A DNA stretch of 64,000 bases from Acidobacteriota bacterium (lineage in GTDB: Bacteria; Acidobacteriota; UBA6911; RPQK01; JAJDTT01), in contig OZ242374.1 in NCBI GenBank assembly GCA_965209055.1, positions 2,400,001 through 2,464,000 on the forward strand. The letters are read 5' to 3'. Below, piece after piece: positions 9,096 to 18,515 of the stretch; the first letter of the stretch is position 1, and every line of letters begins with the position of its first letter. Made by a program: the position numbers and the translations under genes. The notes beneath the pieces were generated by a model, which saw only the letters and a program-made list of their open reading frames with translations, made no database searches and was not told where the DNA came from.

Positions 9096-10172
9096 CTAAC
9101 CTGGGACCGAGTAATGGGCCAGGGCATCCCGGTCGAGTTTCAGACCGTGGCCCGGCCGGTCGGGCGCGATGGCATGGCCGTCTTCGAAGCGGATCGGCTC
9201 CTGGGCCAGGACGTTCCACATCAGATCGGAGAACTCCATGTAGAGGCACTCGGGAAAACTCACCGCCGCGTGGACCCCGGTCTCCAGAGGAGTGTTTCCC
9301 AGGGCGACGGGAATCCCGTAGTCGCCCGCCAGCCGGGCGGCCGTCCGCGATTCGGAGATGGACGTGTGCACGTTCAGCACGTCCACGGCGGCGGCCTCCA
9401 GCAGGCGCCGCTTCCCGGAGAAGCCCAGGTATTCCCCGGTGTTGATGCGGGTGAAGGGAATCTCGGCACAGAGCATCCGGTAGCCGTCCAGATCGTTGCG
9501 GTCGATGGGGTCCTCCATCCAGTAGATCTCGAACCCCTCGTCGCGGTAGCGGTGAAGCCGCAACAGGGCCTCCTTGGGTGACCAGGCCTCGTTGGAATCG
9601 ATCATGAGGTCCGGTTCGGGCCCCATCACCTGGCGGGCGATGGCCATCCGGGCCAGATCCCACTCCACGTCGGGGTGGCCCACCTTGATCTTCATGGCCT
9701 TGAATCCCTGCTCCCGGAACCGGATCAGCTTGGCCCGGAACTCGTCGTCCGTCAGATGGAAGTCGAGGGTGCTCCCGTAGGCCCGAACCCGGGTCCGGGT
9801 CCCTCCCAGCAGCCGGTAGAGGGGGAGATCCAGGTGCTTGGCCATCAGGTCCCAGAGCGCCGTCTCCACAACGAGGGCGAAGGGAGAGGCGCCGACGTTT
9901 CCGCCCCGGGGCCGCTCGATGCGATTGGCAAGGGTGAAGGGGTTCGCTCCCAGGAGGCCAGGCCAGGTCTGGAACTCGAATTGTTCCTTCAGTTCCTTCA
10001 GGGCGGCCGTAGGCATCCCCTGCTGGACCTGAAAACCGACTCCCCGCAGGCCGGTGTCGGTCTCCAATTCCAGAATCGTTCCCCGGTGATCCACGAAGCG
10101 GACCTGGGAATCGCCGATGGGGTGGGGCAGAGGGAGATGGACTCTGTGGATTTCGTACTGTTTCAGCTTCAT
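9096..10172 (-). CDS. Mandelate racemase/muconate lactonizing enzyme family (enolase superfamily)
   Basis: ALWDLMAK, KIKVG, MIDSN, WMEDP and TGEY metal-ligand motifs. Confidence 0.9.
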   Translation of the reverse strand: MKLKQYEIHRVHLPLPHPIGDSQVRFVDHRGTILELETDTGLRGVGFQVQQGMPTAALKELKEQFEFQTWPGLLGANPFTLANRIERPRGGNVGASPFALVVETALWDLMAKHLDLPLYRLLGGTRTRVRAYGSTLDFHLTDDEFRAKLIRFREQGFKAMKIKVGHPDVEWDLARMAIARQVMGPEPDLMIDSNEAWSPKEALLRLHRYRDEGFEIYWMEDPIDRNDLDGYRMLCAEIPFTRINTGEYLGFSGKRRLLEAAAVDVLNVHTSISESRTAARLAGDYGIPVALGNTPLETGVHAAVSFPECLYMEFSDLMWNVLAQEPIRFEDGHAIAPDRPGHGLKLDRDALAHYSVPG

Positions 10173-11654
10173 TCAATTTCCTTGAAAGTAGGAGACGATG
10201 ACACGGACTCCCAGGGAGAACATGACGGCGCCGGCAACGGCGGTGGCCAGCCGGAGCTTCCAGCTCATGCGCAGCGGGGGCGGCAGCCGGTAGCGGTCGG
10301 CCCAGATCATGGCGAAGCACCAGAGTCCGCAGGCGGCAATTCCGCCGCTGATCACTCCCGTGAAGGTGACGCGCCCGAGCACGTCGCCGGCGATCTCCTT
10401 GGGGAGCCAGACCAGCAGCAATCCGCCCAGAAAGCAGTAGATGATGGTCACCGTTCTCAGGGACTTGAAAAAGGGGCGCTCCACGAAACGGGGAAAGATG
10501 CTGCGCACTCCTTCGGAGATGACGCGGGAGTAGACCTCGAAAGCCCCGTAGAGGGTCCCGATGAAGGCCAGGAAGACGCCCACCCGGTAGAGCCACTTGA
10601 GTTGAGGATGCAGGGTGGTCAGGAAGGACTCCTGGACGGTGAGGAACTCGCTGCCGTCGGGAATCGCCCGGTTCGGGTTCAGCACCATGGATCCCAGGAT
10701 GGCGAAGAGCAAGGTCACCAGGATGACGAAGGTGAAGGAGAGGGTGGTGTCCAGCAGAGGAGCCCGGGTCCAGATGCGGGCCCGCTCGACCGCCTCCGAG
10801 GCGGAGTTCCGAGCCGCCTCGGCCAGTTCCCGGCTGCCGGCGACACGAATCCCCGCCAGTCCCCATTTCTTCTCCCGAAGGAAGCCGATGTACCCCACGT
10901 AGTCCTGGCTGCCTCCTCCCACCGCACCGATGTAGAGCAAGACCTCCAGCCAGGGACTGCGCCCGGAGAATGTCTGGGAATATTTCTCCAGGACCCAGGG
11001 CTGGTAGTCGCTGACCCGAGGGAGAAAGAGCCCTTGGAACAGGTCAGGAATGTTGGGCCCCAGGATCACCACGGCCGAAGCAATGCACAGCACCATGATC
11101 CCCAGGATCACGGTGGAGAGGCGCTCCACAATGTCGTAGGTGGAGATCAGCGCCAGGATCAGGCAGGCGGTCAGGACCACCGTGGCCCAGACATTGAGCC
11201 AGAATTCCAGGTGTTGCCAGGGGCCGACGCCTGCCCCCTCCACGGTTCCTCCCATGAGCCGATGAATGAAGGTCGCCAGGATCTCGGGAAGGGCCGAGAA
11301 CCCCACCAGCATGAGCATGACCGCGGGGAGGACGATGAGCAGCGGAAACGCCATTCCCACCACCGGCATGGAGCACCAGGTGGTCATGGGATGCTCTCCG
11401 GTCAGGACGATGTGCCGGGAGGCGGTGTAGACCTGGATCCCCTTGAAGATGCCGGCGTAGAGAAAGCACCAGAGCATTCCATAGCCGAAGATGGCGCCGC
11501 TCCGGGAGGCGAAGACCAGCTCGCCGCTGGCGATGGTCACCGAGGCGATGATGACGCCGGGGCCCACGAAGACCCAGAGCGAGGAGAGGGTCGGACGCCG
11601 CAGCAGCGACGGCGGGGAGGGATAGACGTGCGGGTCCGACTCGGGCCGAATCAC
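10173..11654 (-). CDS. Nramp-like (APC superfamily) membrane transporter
   Basis: GPGVIIASVTIASGELVFASRSGAIFGY motif; multiple transmembrane segments. Confidence 0.7.
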   Translation of the reverse strand: MIRPESDPHVYPSPPSLLRRPTLSSLWVFVGPGVIIASVTIASGELVFASRSGAIFGYGMLWCFLYAGIFKGIQVYTASRHIVLTGEHPMTTWCSMPVVGMAFPLLIVLPAVMLMLVGFSALPEILATFIHRLMGGTVEGAGVGPWQHLEFWLNVWATVVLTACLILALISTYDIVERLSTVILGIMVLCIASAVVILGPNIPDLFQGLFLPRVSDYQPWVLEKYSQTFSGRSPWLEVLLYIGAVGGGSQDYVGYIGFLREKKWGLAGIRVAGSRELAEAARNSASEAVERARIWTRAPLLDTTLSFTFVILVTLLFAILGSMVLNPNRAIPDGSEFLTVQESFLTTLHPQLKWLYRVGVFLAFIGTLYGAFEVYSRVISEGVRSIFPRFVERPFFKSLRTVTIIYCFLGGLLLVWLPKEIAGDVLGRVTFTGVISGGIAACGLWCFAMIWADRYRLPPPLRMSWKLRLATAVAGAVMFSLGVRVIVSYFQGN

Positions 11655-11655
11655 G

Positions 11656-12894
11656 TCAGCGCCGCTTCCTCAGGTCCAGGCAGGCGATGTGGTGATGGTC
11701 GCGGGCGTAGAGCCGTCCTCCGGCCAACGCCGGCGGAGTCCAAGCCCGGTGCTGGAGAATCTTTTTCACGCCCGTCTGCCGGTACCCTTCCGGTGTGGCC
11801 TGAACCATGGCGATGTGGCCCTGTTCCCCCAGGACGATGAGGTGGCCCTGCGCCGCGATCAGGGAACCCTTGCCCACGCTGCGATGGGCCCAGAGGACCT
11901 CCCCGTCCGTCAGCCGCATGCACTTGAGGACCGAGTTGTCGAACCCGTAAAGGTATTCTCCCACCAGCACGCACCCGTTGTAGTGGTTCTGCATGATCTC
12001 CGTGGTCCAGACGAACTTGGACTCCACGCTGTCGCCTTTCGGGGTCAGACGCAGGAGGCCGCTTCCGGTTCCGCGTCCCGAGGAGATGAACAGGTACGGA
12101 TTGGCGAAAATCGGCGTGGCGATGTTCATGTCCGACGTGGTCCGCCACTCATGCTTCCAATGGAGCTTCCCGTCTCCCGGCGACAGGCCCATGATGGCGC
12201 GTCCTCCGAAGAAGACGACTTCCCGGATCCCGCCGACCGTGATGGCGATGGGGGAGGAATAGCTGGCCACCTCGTCCAGCGCCTTCCAGATCACCTTCCC
12301 CGACTCTTTGTCGAAGGCAACGACGGAAGCTCCCGGCGCACCCACGTTCACCAGGAGCATGTTCTCTTCCACCAGGGGAGAGGTGGAAACGCCCCAGATC
12401 AGGTTCTCCGCACCCATCTCCTCCAGGATCTCCCGTTTCCAGATCACCCTTCCCGAGCGCTTGTCCAGGCAGAGCAAGGTTCCCGTCGCCCCCAGGGCAT
12501 AGACTCGCGGGCCGTCGACGGTGGGTGTCGAGCGGGCGCCGTTGCCCCCTTGGTATTCCTTGTACGAAGCCGCCGAGAGCGCCTTCCAGAGTTCCAGTCC
12601 CGTGCCCGTGTCCAGGCACACGACCCACTCCTCGTCGTCCCGGTCGACCATGGTGTAGAGGCGTCCCTGGGAGACGGAGAGGGAGGAAAAGCCCTCGCCC
12701 CCTTCCACCTTCCAGACCAGGGGAGGACCGGGCTGGGACCACGCGGTGATGATCCCCTGCTCCCTGGAGATTCCGTCGCGGGCCGGACCGCGCCATTGGG
12801 GCCAGTCGGCGGCCGCCAGTTCCGCCGCCGACATGGGAAGGGCCAGCGGCGCCCAGAACGTCAGTGCCAGAAGGACTCTGCTCCTGCTCATCAT
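11656..12894 (-). CDS. Exported PQQ-like beta-propeller repeat protein
   Basis: Signal peptide, DWPQWRGPARDG, repeated STP/TSP and GxxxW units. Confidence 0.85.
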   Translation of the reverse strand: MMSRSRVLLALTFWAPLALPMSAAELAAADWPQWRGPARDGISREQGIITAWSQPGPPLVWKVEGGEGFSSLSVSQGRLYTMVDRDDEEWVVCLDTGTGLELWKALSAASYKEYQGGNGARSTPTVDGPRVYALGATGTLLCLDKRSGRVIWKREILEEMGAENLIWGVSTSPLVEENMLLVNVGAPGASVVAFDKESGKVIWKALDEVASYSSPIAITVGGIREVVFFGGRAIMGLSPGDGKLHWKHEWRTTSDMNIATPIFANPYLFISSGRGTGSGLLRLTPKGDSVESKFVWTTEIMQNHYNGCVLVGEYLYGFDNSVLKCMRLTDGEVLWAHRSVGKGSLIAAQGHLIVLGEQGHIAMVQATPEGYRQTGVKKILQHRAWTPPALAGGRLYARDHHHIACLDLRKRR

Positions 12895-12935
12895 TTCTTC
12901 TCTCCAATTCATTTCTCTCGACCGCGGCCGAGCGT

Positions 12936-13358
12936 TCAAGATCCACCTCCGGGAGAATCATGTCGGATCCTGGATCGGCCTCGATGGGACGCCGGCGGGT
13001 CGCCTTCCAGATAGGTGGTCCCCAGGAAGGGGTCCTTGACCGGGAAGAAGGCGAGGATCCGGGCCGTGCCGGGACCGGGATTGATGAATCCGTGGGGGGT
13101 GCGTGCGGGTACCACCACCGTATGTTCGGGACCGACGCGATGCGTCTCCGAACCCAGGCGAAACTCCAGGGTCCCCTCCTGAACCACAATGAACTCCTCG
13201 GCCTCGTGAAAGTGCAGCGGCGCCCCCGCACCCGTTCCCACCAGAGCCCAGGATACGCTGCTGGTGGTGGTTCCATCACCGTCGCGGGTGATGTCATAGC
13301 TCCGGTAGTTGGGTCTCCACGGCTTCTCGGGCAGGCTGCGGTGTTCTACTATGGGCAT
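12936..13358 (-). CDS. Cupin domain protein
   Basis: PLHFHEAEE and VPARTPHGF cupin motifs. Confidence 0.85.
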   Translation of the reverse strand: MPIVEHRSLPEKPWRPNYRSYDITRDGDGTTTSSVSWALVGTGAGAPLHFHEAEEFIVVQEGTLEFRLGSETHRVGPEHTVVVPARTPHGFINPGPGTARILAFFPVKDPFLGTTYLEGDPPASHRGRSRIRHDSPGGGS

Positions 13359-13423
13359 GGGTTTCGGCTCCTGTTCGAATGCTGGGATTGTAGCCGACCC
13401 GCCGCTGGAAAAGAATCCACGAC

Positions 13424-15013
13424 ATGTCTCAAACCGCTGCCGGGAACCTGGTCGACTGCCTGTTGGAATGTGGGGTGCGCCATCTCTTCACCCTGTCAGG
13501 GAACCAGATCCTCTCCCTCTACGACGCCACCATCGGCCGGGATCTGAAACTGATCCACACCCGCCACGAGGCCGCCGCCGTGCACATGGCCGATGCCTGG
13601 GGCCGGTTGCAGGAAACTGCCGGGGTCGCTGTGGTGACAGCGGGACCAGGGCACTGCAACTCTATCGGCGCCCTCTACGTGGCGCTCCAGGTCGAGTCGC
13701 CTCTGGTCCTCATCAGTGGACACTCGCCCTTAAGCCAATTGGGGAATGGAGCCTTCCAGGAGATGGACCAGGTGGCCATCGCGGCTCCCGTGACCAAGGC
13801 CTCTTGGCGGGTCGATGCCCCGGAACGGGCGGCGGCCGCCCTCGACGAGGCTTTGGCTCTGGCCGGTTCAGGGAGGCCGGGACCGGTTCATCTCAGCATT
13901 CCCAGCGACGTCCTGGCCGCAACAGCGGAAATCTCTGACAGGCCTCCCCGGAAGCAGAACCCGCCGGAATCCATTGCGCAGGAAGACGCTGAGCAGGTCC
14001 TGCGCCTTCTGGCCGGAGCTCGGCGGCCTCTCCTGCTGGCCGGCGCGGCCATGTCGCGGCCGCTTCGGTGGCAAACGGTGAGGGAACTCGCCCGCGCCTG
14101 CGGCGCGCCGGCTCTCAAGATGGAGAGTCCCCGGGGCGTCAACGATCCTCGACTCTACGGGGCGTCCCGGTTGTTCGGCCGCGCCGACCTGGTGGTGCTG
14201 CTGGGGAAGGACCTGGATTTCGCCCTCCGCTTCGGAGGGCCTCCCTTCGCAGCCGATTGCAGGTTCGTCCAAATCGCCGCGCCGGGGCACCCGGCTCCGG
14301 ATCACCCGAAAACCGTGCTGAGCCTGGGGGCCGATCCGGCCACGGCAGCGCTGCAACTGGCTCGCCGGTGTCGCGGAAACGGCTCCGCTTTCGATTCGTG
14401 GCGCCGCGCCGTCGAGTCGGCCCGTTCGGAAACGCCTGCCGAGTGGGAAGATTGGCGGGGTGGCGCGCAGAGTCCGATCCATCCTCTCCGCGTCTGCGAA
14501 GGCCTCCGTCCGTTCCTGACCGACACCGCCGTGGTGGTGAGCGATGGAGGGGAGTTCGGTCAGTGGGCACAGGCCGGACTGGACTCCCGAGTGAACCTGA
14601 TCAACGGGCCGTCGGGCGCCATCGGAAGCGCGATCCCCATGGCGCTCGCCTGCCGGTTGGCCCGGCCCGGACAACCGGTCTTCGCCTTCCTGGGAGACGG
14701 GACCTTCGGATATCACGCCCTGGAATTCGATACGGCCCTGCGTTACCGGCTTCCCGTCGTGGCCATCGTCGGCAACGATGCTCGCTGGAATGCGGAATAC
14801 CAGTTGCAACTGGACCATTACGGGCCCGAGCGGACGGTGGCCTGCGAGCTTCTCCCGACTCGATACGACCAGGCGGTAGAAGCCCTGGGCGGCCACGGGG
14901 AGTGGGTGCCGGAGCCGGACCAGTTGGAACCGGCGTTGGAACGAGCTCTCGATTCCGGCCTCCCTGCCTGTGTGAACGTCGCCGTCGAGGGCGTGAAAGC
15001 CCCCGCGTTCTAA
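13424..15013 (+). CDS. Thiamine-diphosphate-dependent enzyme (acetolactate synthase / 2-hydroxyacyl-CoA lyase superfamily)
   Basis: TRHEAAA, TAGPG, FQEMDQ and GDGTFG...GND ThDP-binding motif. Confidence 0.9.
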   Translation: MSQTAAGNLVDCLLECGVRHLFTLSGNQILSLYDATIGRDLKLIHTRHEAAAVHMADAWGRLQETAGVAVVTAGPGHCNSIGALYVALQVESPLVLISGHSPLSQLGNGAFQEMDQVAIAAPVTKASWRVDAPERAAAALDEALALAGSGRPGPVHLSIPSDVLAATAEISDRPPRKQNPPESIAQEDAEQVLRLLAGARRPLLLAGAAMSRPLRWQTVRELARACGAPALKMESPRGVNDPRLYGASRLFGRADLVVLLGKDLDFALRFGGPPFAADCRFVQIAAPGHPAPDHPKTVLSLGADPATAALQLARRCRGNGSAFDSWRRAVESARSETPAEWEDWRGGAQSPIHPLRVCEGLRPFLTDTAVVVSDGGEFGQWAQAGLDSRVNLINGPSGAIGSAIPMALACRLARPGQPVFAFLGDGTFGYHALEFDTALRYRLPVVAIVGNDARWNAEYQLQLDHYGPERTVACELLPTRYDQAVEALGGHGEWVPEPDQLEPALERALDSGLPACVNVAVEGVKAPAF

Positions 15014-15040
15014 GGCGTTTATCGAGCCTCGACGGGTTTC

Positions 15041-15070
15041 TTGACCCCCTCTTCGAGGCCGGGATAGACT
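15041..15070 (+). promoter_or_regulatory. sigma70-like promoter; probably leaderless or very short leader
   Basis: TTGACC (15041-15046), 18 nt, TAGACT (15065-15070), 8 nt, then ATG at 15079; no Shine-Dalgarno sequence. Confidence 0.5.
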
Positions 15071-15078
15071 GCGCCCTC

Positions 15079-16176
15079 ATGAGTTCCGAGCCCCTGCAGG
15101 ATCAGGCCAGGTCCCGGCGTGACGAATTGGACGCTCACGTCCGGGCCATGGTCCAGTGGCATTTCGACCCCGAGACGGGGTGCCCCTTCTGGCTCGACTG
15201 GGCCGGCAAGGCGGACTGGGATCCTCGCCAGGAGGTCAAGGGCCTGGACGACCTCTCCCGTTTCGGCCTGTTCGACGACGATTGGCTGAGGGGCGGGCCG
15301 GTACGCCGCTGGGTCCCCCGGGCCTATGCCCAGGATCCCGTCTTCGTCTTCGAGACCGGGGGGACCACCGGAACCCCCAAGAGCCGGGTCAACGTGCGGG
15401 ACTTTCGGGTGGACTACGAACTTTTCTCGGAGACGCTGGCGCCGGAGCATTTCCCCCTGAATTCCAACTGGCTCATGTTGGGCCCGTCAGGCCCGCGCCG
15501 CCTGCGTCTGGCCGTGGAGCACCTGGCCCATCATCGCGGCGGAATCTGCTTTTGCGTGGACCTGGACCCCCGCTGGGTCATCAAGCTCATCAAGAAGGGG
15601 TGGACGGATCACCTGAAGGCCTACCAGGAGCATGTGATCGACCAGGCCATGACCCTTCTTTCCGCCGGCCACGAGATCCGCTGCCTGTTCACCACCCCCA
15701 AGCTGCTGGAAGCGCTGTGCGACAGGCTGGAGGATCAGGGAACCAGTCTGCGCGAAACCGGAATCACCGGAATCTTTTCCGGCGGGACGGAGTTTACGCC
15801 CCAGTGGTACCGATTCGCCGTGGAGGAGCTCCTGGACGGCGTCTACATGACGCCGACGTACGGAAACTCCCTCATGGGACTGGCCGCCTCCAAGGCCTTC
15901 GACCCGGCGGAGAACTACAAGATCACCTACTATGCGCCGCAGCCCAGGGCGGTGTTGCGGGTCGTGGACTTCGACGACACGGAGAAGGTCGTCGGTTACG
16001 GCGAGACGGGCCGGGTCCTGTTGACCACCCTGACTCCCGAGCTGTTCATTCCCCAATTCCTGGAGCGGGACGAAGGGGAGCGGGAGCCCCCCTGTGCGCA
16101 ATACCCCTGGGACGGCGTGAGCGGCGTTCGCCCGTTTCACCGCTTTGCCGCCACCACGACGGTGGGAGTCTACTAG
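15079..16176 (+). CDS. EhpF-like adenylate-forming (ANL superfamily) protein
   Basis: FETGGTTGTPK P-loop, TPTYGNSLMG, GETGRVLLTTL and ERD motifs; short (365 aa) like phenazine-modifying EhpF; the 14068 start in the track overlaps the upstream gene. Confidence 0.65.
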   Translation: MSSEPLQDQARSRRDELDAHVRAMVQWHFDPETGCPFWLDWAGKADWDPRQEVKGLDDLSRFGLFDDDWLRGGPVRRWVPRAYAQDPVFVFETGGTTGTPKSRVNVRDFRVDYELFSETLAPEHFPLNSNWLMLGPSGPRRLRLAVEHLAHHRGGICFCVDLDPRWVIKLIKKGWTDHLKAYQEHVIDQAMTLLSAGHEIRCLFTTPKLLEALCDRLEDQGTSLRETGITGIFSGGTEFTPQWYRFAVEELLDGVYMTPTYGNSLMGLAASKAFDPAENYKITYYAPQPRAVLRVVDFDDTEKVVGYGETGRVLLTTLTPELFIPQFLERDEGEREPPCAQYPWDGVSGVRPFHRFAATTTVGVY

Positions 16177-16255
16177 GCATTTGCGCTCTCTATCATCGGC
16201 GCCAAATCAAATCGGACCGTAGTAGACTGGGAAATCAAAATCCGGGAGGGATTCG

Positions 16256-17680
16256 GTGATTCATTTTCCCGTTCTTCGCTGGGGCAAGCCCTATAAGAGC
16301 CTGGACGTGGACCAGGTGGTGCATTTCATCAGCGGTGAGCCGCTGGCGGAAGTCAGCCAGGCCATCGGCGGGATGATCGCCCGGGACATGCGAAGAGGGC
16401 AGCGGGCTCGGGACGCGCTCCGGGAGATCCCGATCCGGGAACTGATCCGCCGGGTATCTGAGGCGGCGGACCTGTTCATGTCCGCCGAGCTCCCGGCCGG
16501 CGACGGAAGCCAGACCCCCGGCGAGTTCGTGCGGTACCAGTCGGCAACCACGGGATTGCCCGAGCACATGTGCCGCCAGAACATGGAGAAGCTTCACTAC
16601 GTCCTGACCTCGATGGAGCAGATCCTGGACGCGCTGACCCGGGGCCTCGATCTGTCCATATTGACCGCGGGTTACGGCGAGGAAAACGGTGTCGTCCGGA
16701 GCTTTCAGGCCACGACCCCGGTGCTGGGCATGGTGCTCCCTTCCAACTCACCCGGAGTTCACGGCCTCTGGCTCCCCGTCATTCCGCTCCAGATCGGACT
16801 GGTCCTCAAGCCGGGACCCCAGGAGCCGTGGACCCCATATCGGATGAGCGAGGCCTTCTTCCAGGCGGGCATCCCCCGAAACGCCGTCTCCCTCTATCCG
16901 GGGTTGGGGGATGTGGGTGCGGCCGTGCTCCAGCACTGCACGCGGAATCTCATCTTCGGCGGAACCCCGACCATCGAGCAATACGGCAACAATCCCCGCG
17001 TCCAGGTGCACGGCCCCGGATTCAGCAAGATTCTGCTGGGGGACGACGAGGTCGACGATTGGGAAAGCCATCTGGACCTCATGGTGGACAGCGTCCTGAT
17101 CAACAGCGGCCGCAGTTGCATCAGTTGTTCCGGCATCTGGGTCTCGCGCCACGGGCGGGAAATCGCCGACGCGCTGGCTCAGCGTCTGGGACCCATTGCG
17201 CCCAAGGATCCCCGGGACCCCGATTCCCAACTGGCTGCTTTCACGGTGAAGGGTCAGGGAGAAGCCATCGACTCGGGGATCGAACAGGGGCTTCAAGAGC
17301 CCGGGATCGAGGATGTGACGGCCCGGTACCGCGACGGCGACCGCCTGATTTCCCGTGAGCGATGCTCCTACTTGCGGCCCACGGTGATCCATTCCCCGTC
17401 TCCCGAAGCCACGCTGGCCAATACGGAGTACATGTTCCCCTTCGCCAGCGTGGTGGAATGCCCCCAGAGCCAGATGCTGGACCGTATCGGAGACAGCCTG
17501 GTGGTGACCGGTATCACGGAAGATCCCGCCTTTCGCCAGAAGCTCATGGACTGTCCCCACATCGACCGCCTCAACCTGGGCCCCATCCCCACCATCCGCC
17601 TCAACTGGCTCCAACCCCACGAGGGGAACCTGGTGGACTTCCTCTACCGCGCCCGGGCCTTCCAGACCACGGCCGGGTGA
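16256..17680 (+). CDS. Aldehyde dehydrogenase superfamily protein (EhpG/LuxC-like)
   Basis: LPSNSPG, LKPG, catalytic Cys in NSGRSC, EYMFPF; HGPGFSK replaces the usual ELGGK. Confidence 0.8.
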   Translation: MIHFPVLRWGKPYKSLDVDQVVHFISGEPLAEVSQAIGGMIARDMRRGQRARDALREIPIRELIRRVSEAADLFMSAELPAGDGSQTPGEFVRYQSATTGLPEHMCRQNMEKLHYVLTSMEQILDALTRGLDLSILTAGYGEENGVVRSFQATTPVLGMVLPSNSPGVHGLWLPVIPLQIGLVLKPGPQEPWTPYRMSEAFFQAGIPRNAVSLYPGLGDVGAAVLQHCTRNLIFGGTPTIEQYGNNPRVQVHGPGFSKILLGDDEVDDWESHLDLMVDSVLINSGRSCISCSGIWVSRHGREIADALAQRLGPIAPKDPRDPDSQLAAFTVKGQGEAIDSGIEQGLQEPGIEDVTARYRDGDRLISRERCSYLRPTVIHSPSPEATLANTEYMFPFASVVECPQSQMLDRIGDSLVVTGITEDPAFRQKLMDCPHIDRLNLGPIPTIRLNWLQPHEGNLVDFLYRARAFQTTAG

Positions 17681-17753
17681 CGCCGCATCGATTCCCTGGC
17701 CGAATATGTCTGTGCACACGTATCTGACGACTGACGCTTGGATGGTGACACTC

Positions 17754-18479
17754 TCACTCCGGACCGGTTGAGGTTCGCGGTGCCCTCCAGCGGGCCACCA
17801 GGAACGGAGAGAGAACGACGAAGAACATGGCCAGCGCGACCAGGTCGATGATGGGGATGTACCAGGGCCATCCGGCGAAGAAGAAGGGGGATTCGGTGCC
17901 GGCCGGTGGCCGGCAGAGAAACATGTAGTTGGATCCCAACAGGAAGTTCAGGACGCCGAGCACGACTGCAAGAATGTTGAGGGCGACGAAGGCTCGGAAC
18001 AGCCCGCCCAGCGTCGGCCGCATCTTCAGGCCCAGGGTGGCGTACAGGACTCCCGCCACGATGCCGGAGTGGGCGATGAAGTACTGGAAGAAGCGGTAGT
18101 CGGGGAATCCCGCATCCAGGTCCCCTGGGGTGATGACGGCGTTCGTGGATCCCGCCAGGCCCCAGAAATAGACGATTTCGAAAATTCTCCGGCGGCGGAA
18201 GATCAGAACCGCGGCCGTCAGGATAATCGTTAATCCGCAGACGTGAAGCGGCAGATGGTCCTGCACGAAGTGGCTCCAGCCGACGGCATTCAGCCGGTAG
18301 CCCCAGTGGATCGTTTCGTTGACCAGCAGGGTGCCGGCCAGGAGCCAGGCGCCGGCGTCGGCCACCGTTTTCGAGGCCGTCTTTCGTACCGCCGCGATCA
18401 TCAGAATCGGCACGGCCAGGGTCAGCGCCATCACGATGAGGTGAGGCGTCCCGAAGATCTGGAATTCCGGCGTTGGCAT
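17754..18479 (-). CDS. TIGR02206/YwaF-like integral membrane protein
   Basis: LPLHVC, AVITPG, YFIAH, NYMFL and WPWY motifs. Confidence 0.8.
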   Translation of the reverse strand: MPTPEFQIFGTPHLIVMALTLAVPILMIAAVRKTASKTVADAGAWLLAGTLLVNETIHWGYRLNAVGWSHFVQDHLPLHVCGLTIILTAAVLIFRRRRIFEIVYFWGLAGSTNAVITPGDLDAGFPDYRFFQYFIAHSGIVAGVLYATLGLKMRPTLGGLFRAFVALNILAVVLGVLNFLLGSNYMFLCRPPAGTESPFFFAGWPWYIPIIDLVALAMFFVVLSPFLVARWRAPRTSTGPE

Positions 18480-18515
18480 CAGGCTCCAGTATCGGCTCTG
18501 CGGACGGCGCCGAGG

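Noticed and set aside
14068-15078. Apparent 702-aa ORF giving the EhpF-like protein a long N-terminal extension
   Set aside because: The extension overlaps the ThDP gene in another frame, is Arg/Pro-rich noise, and a promoter sits just before ATG 15079
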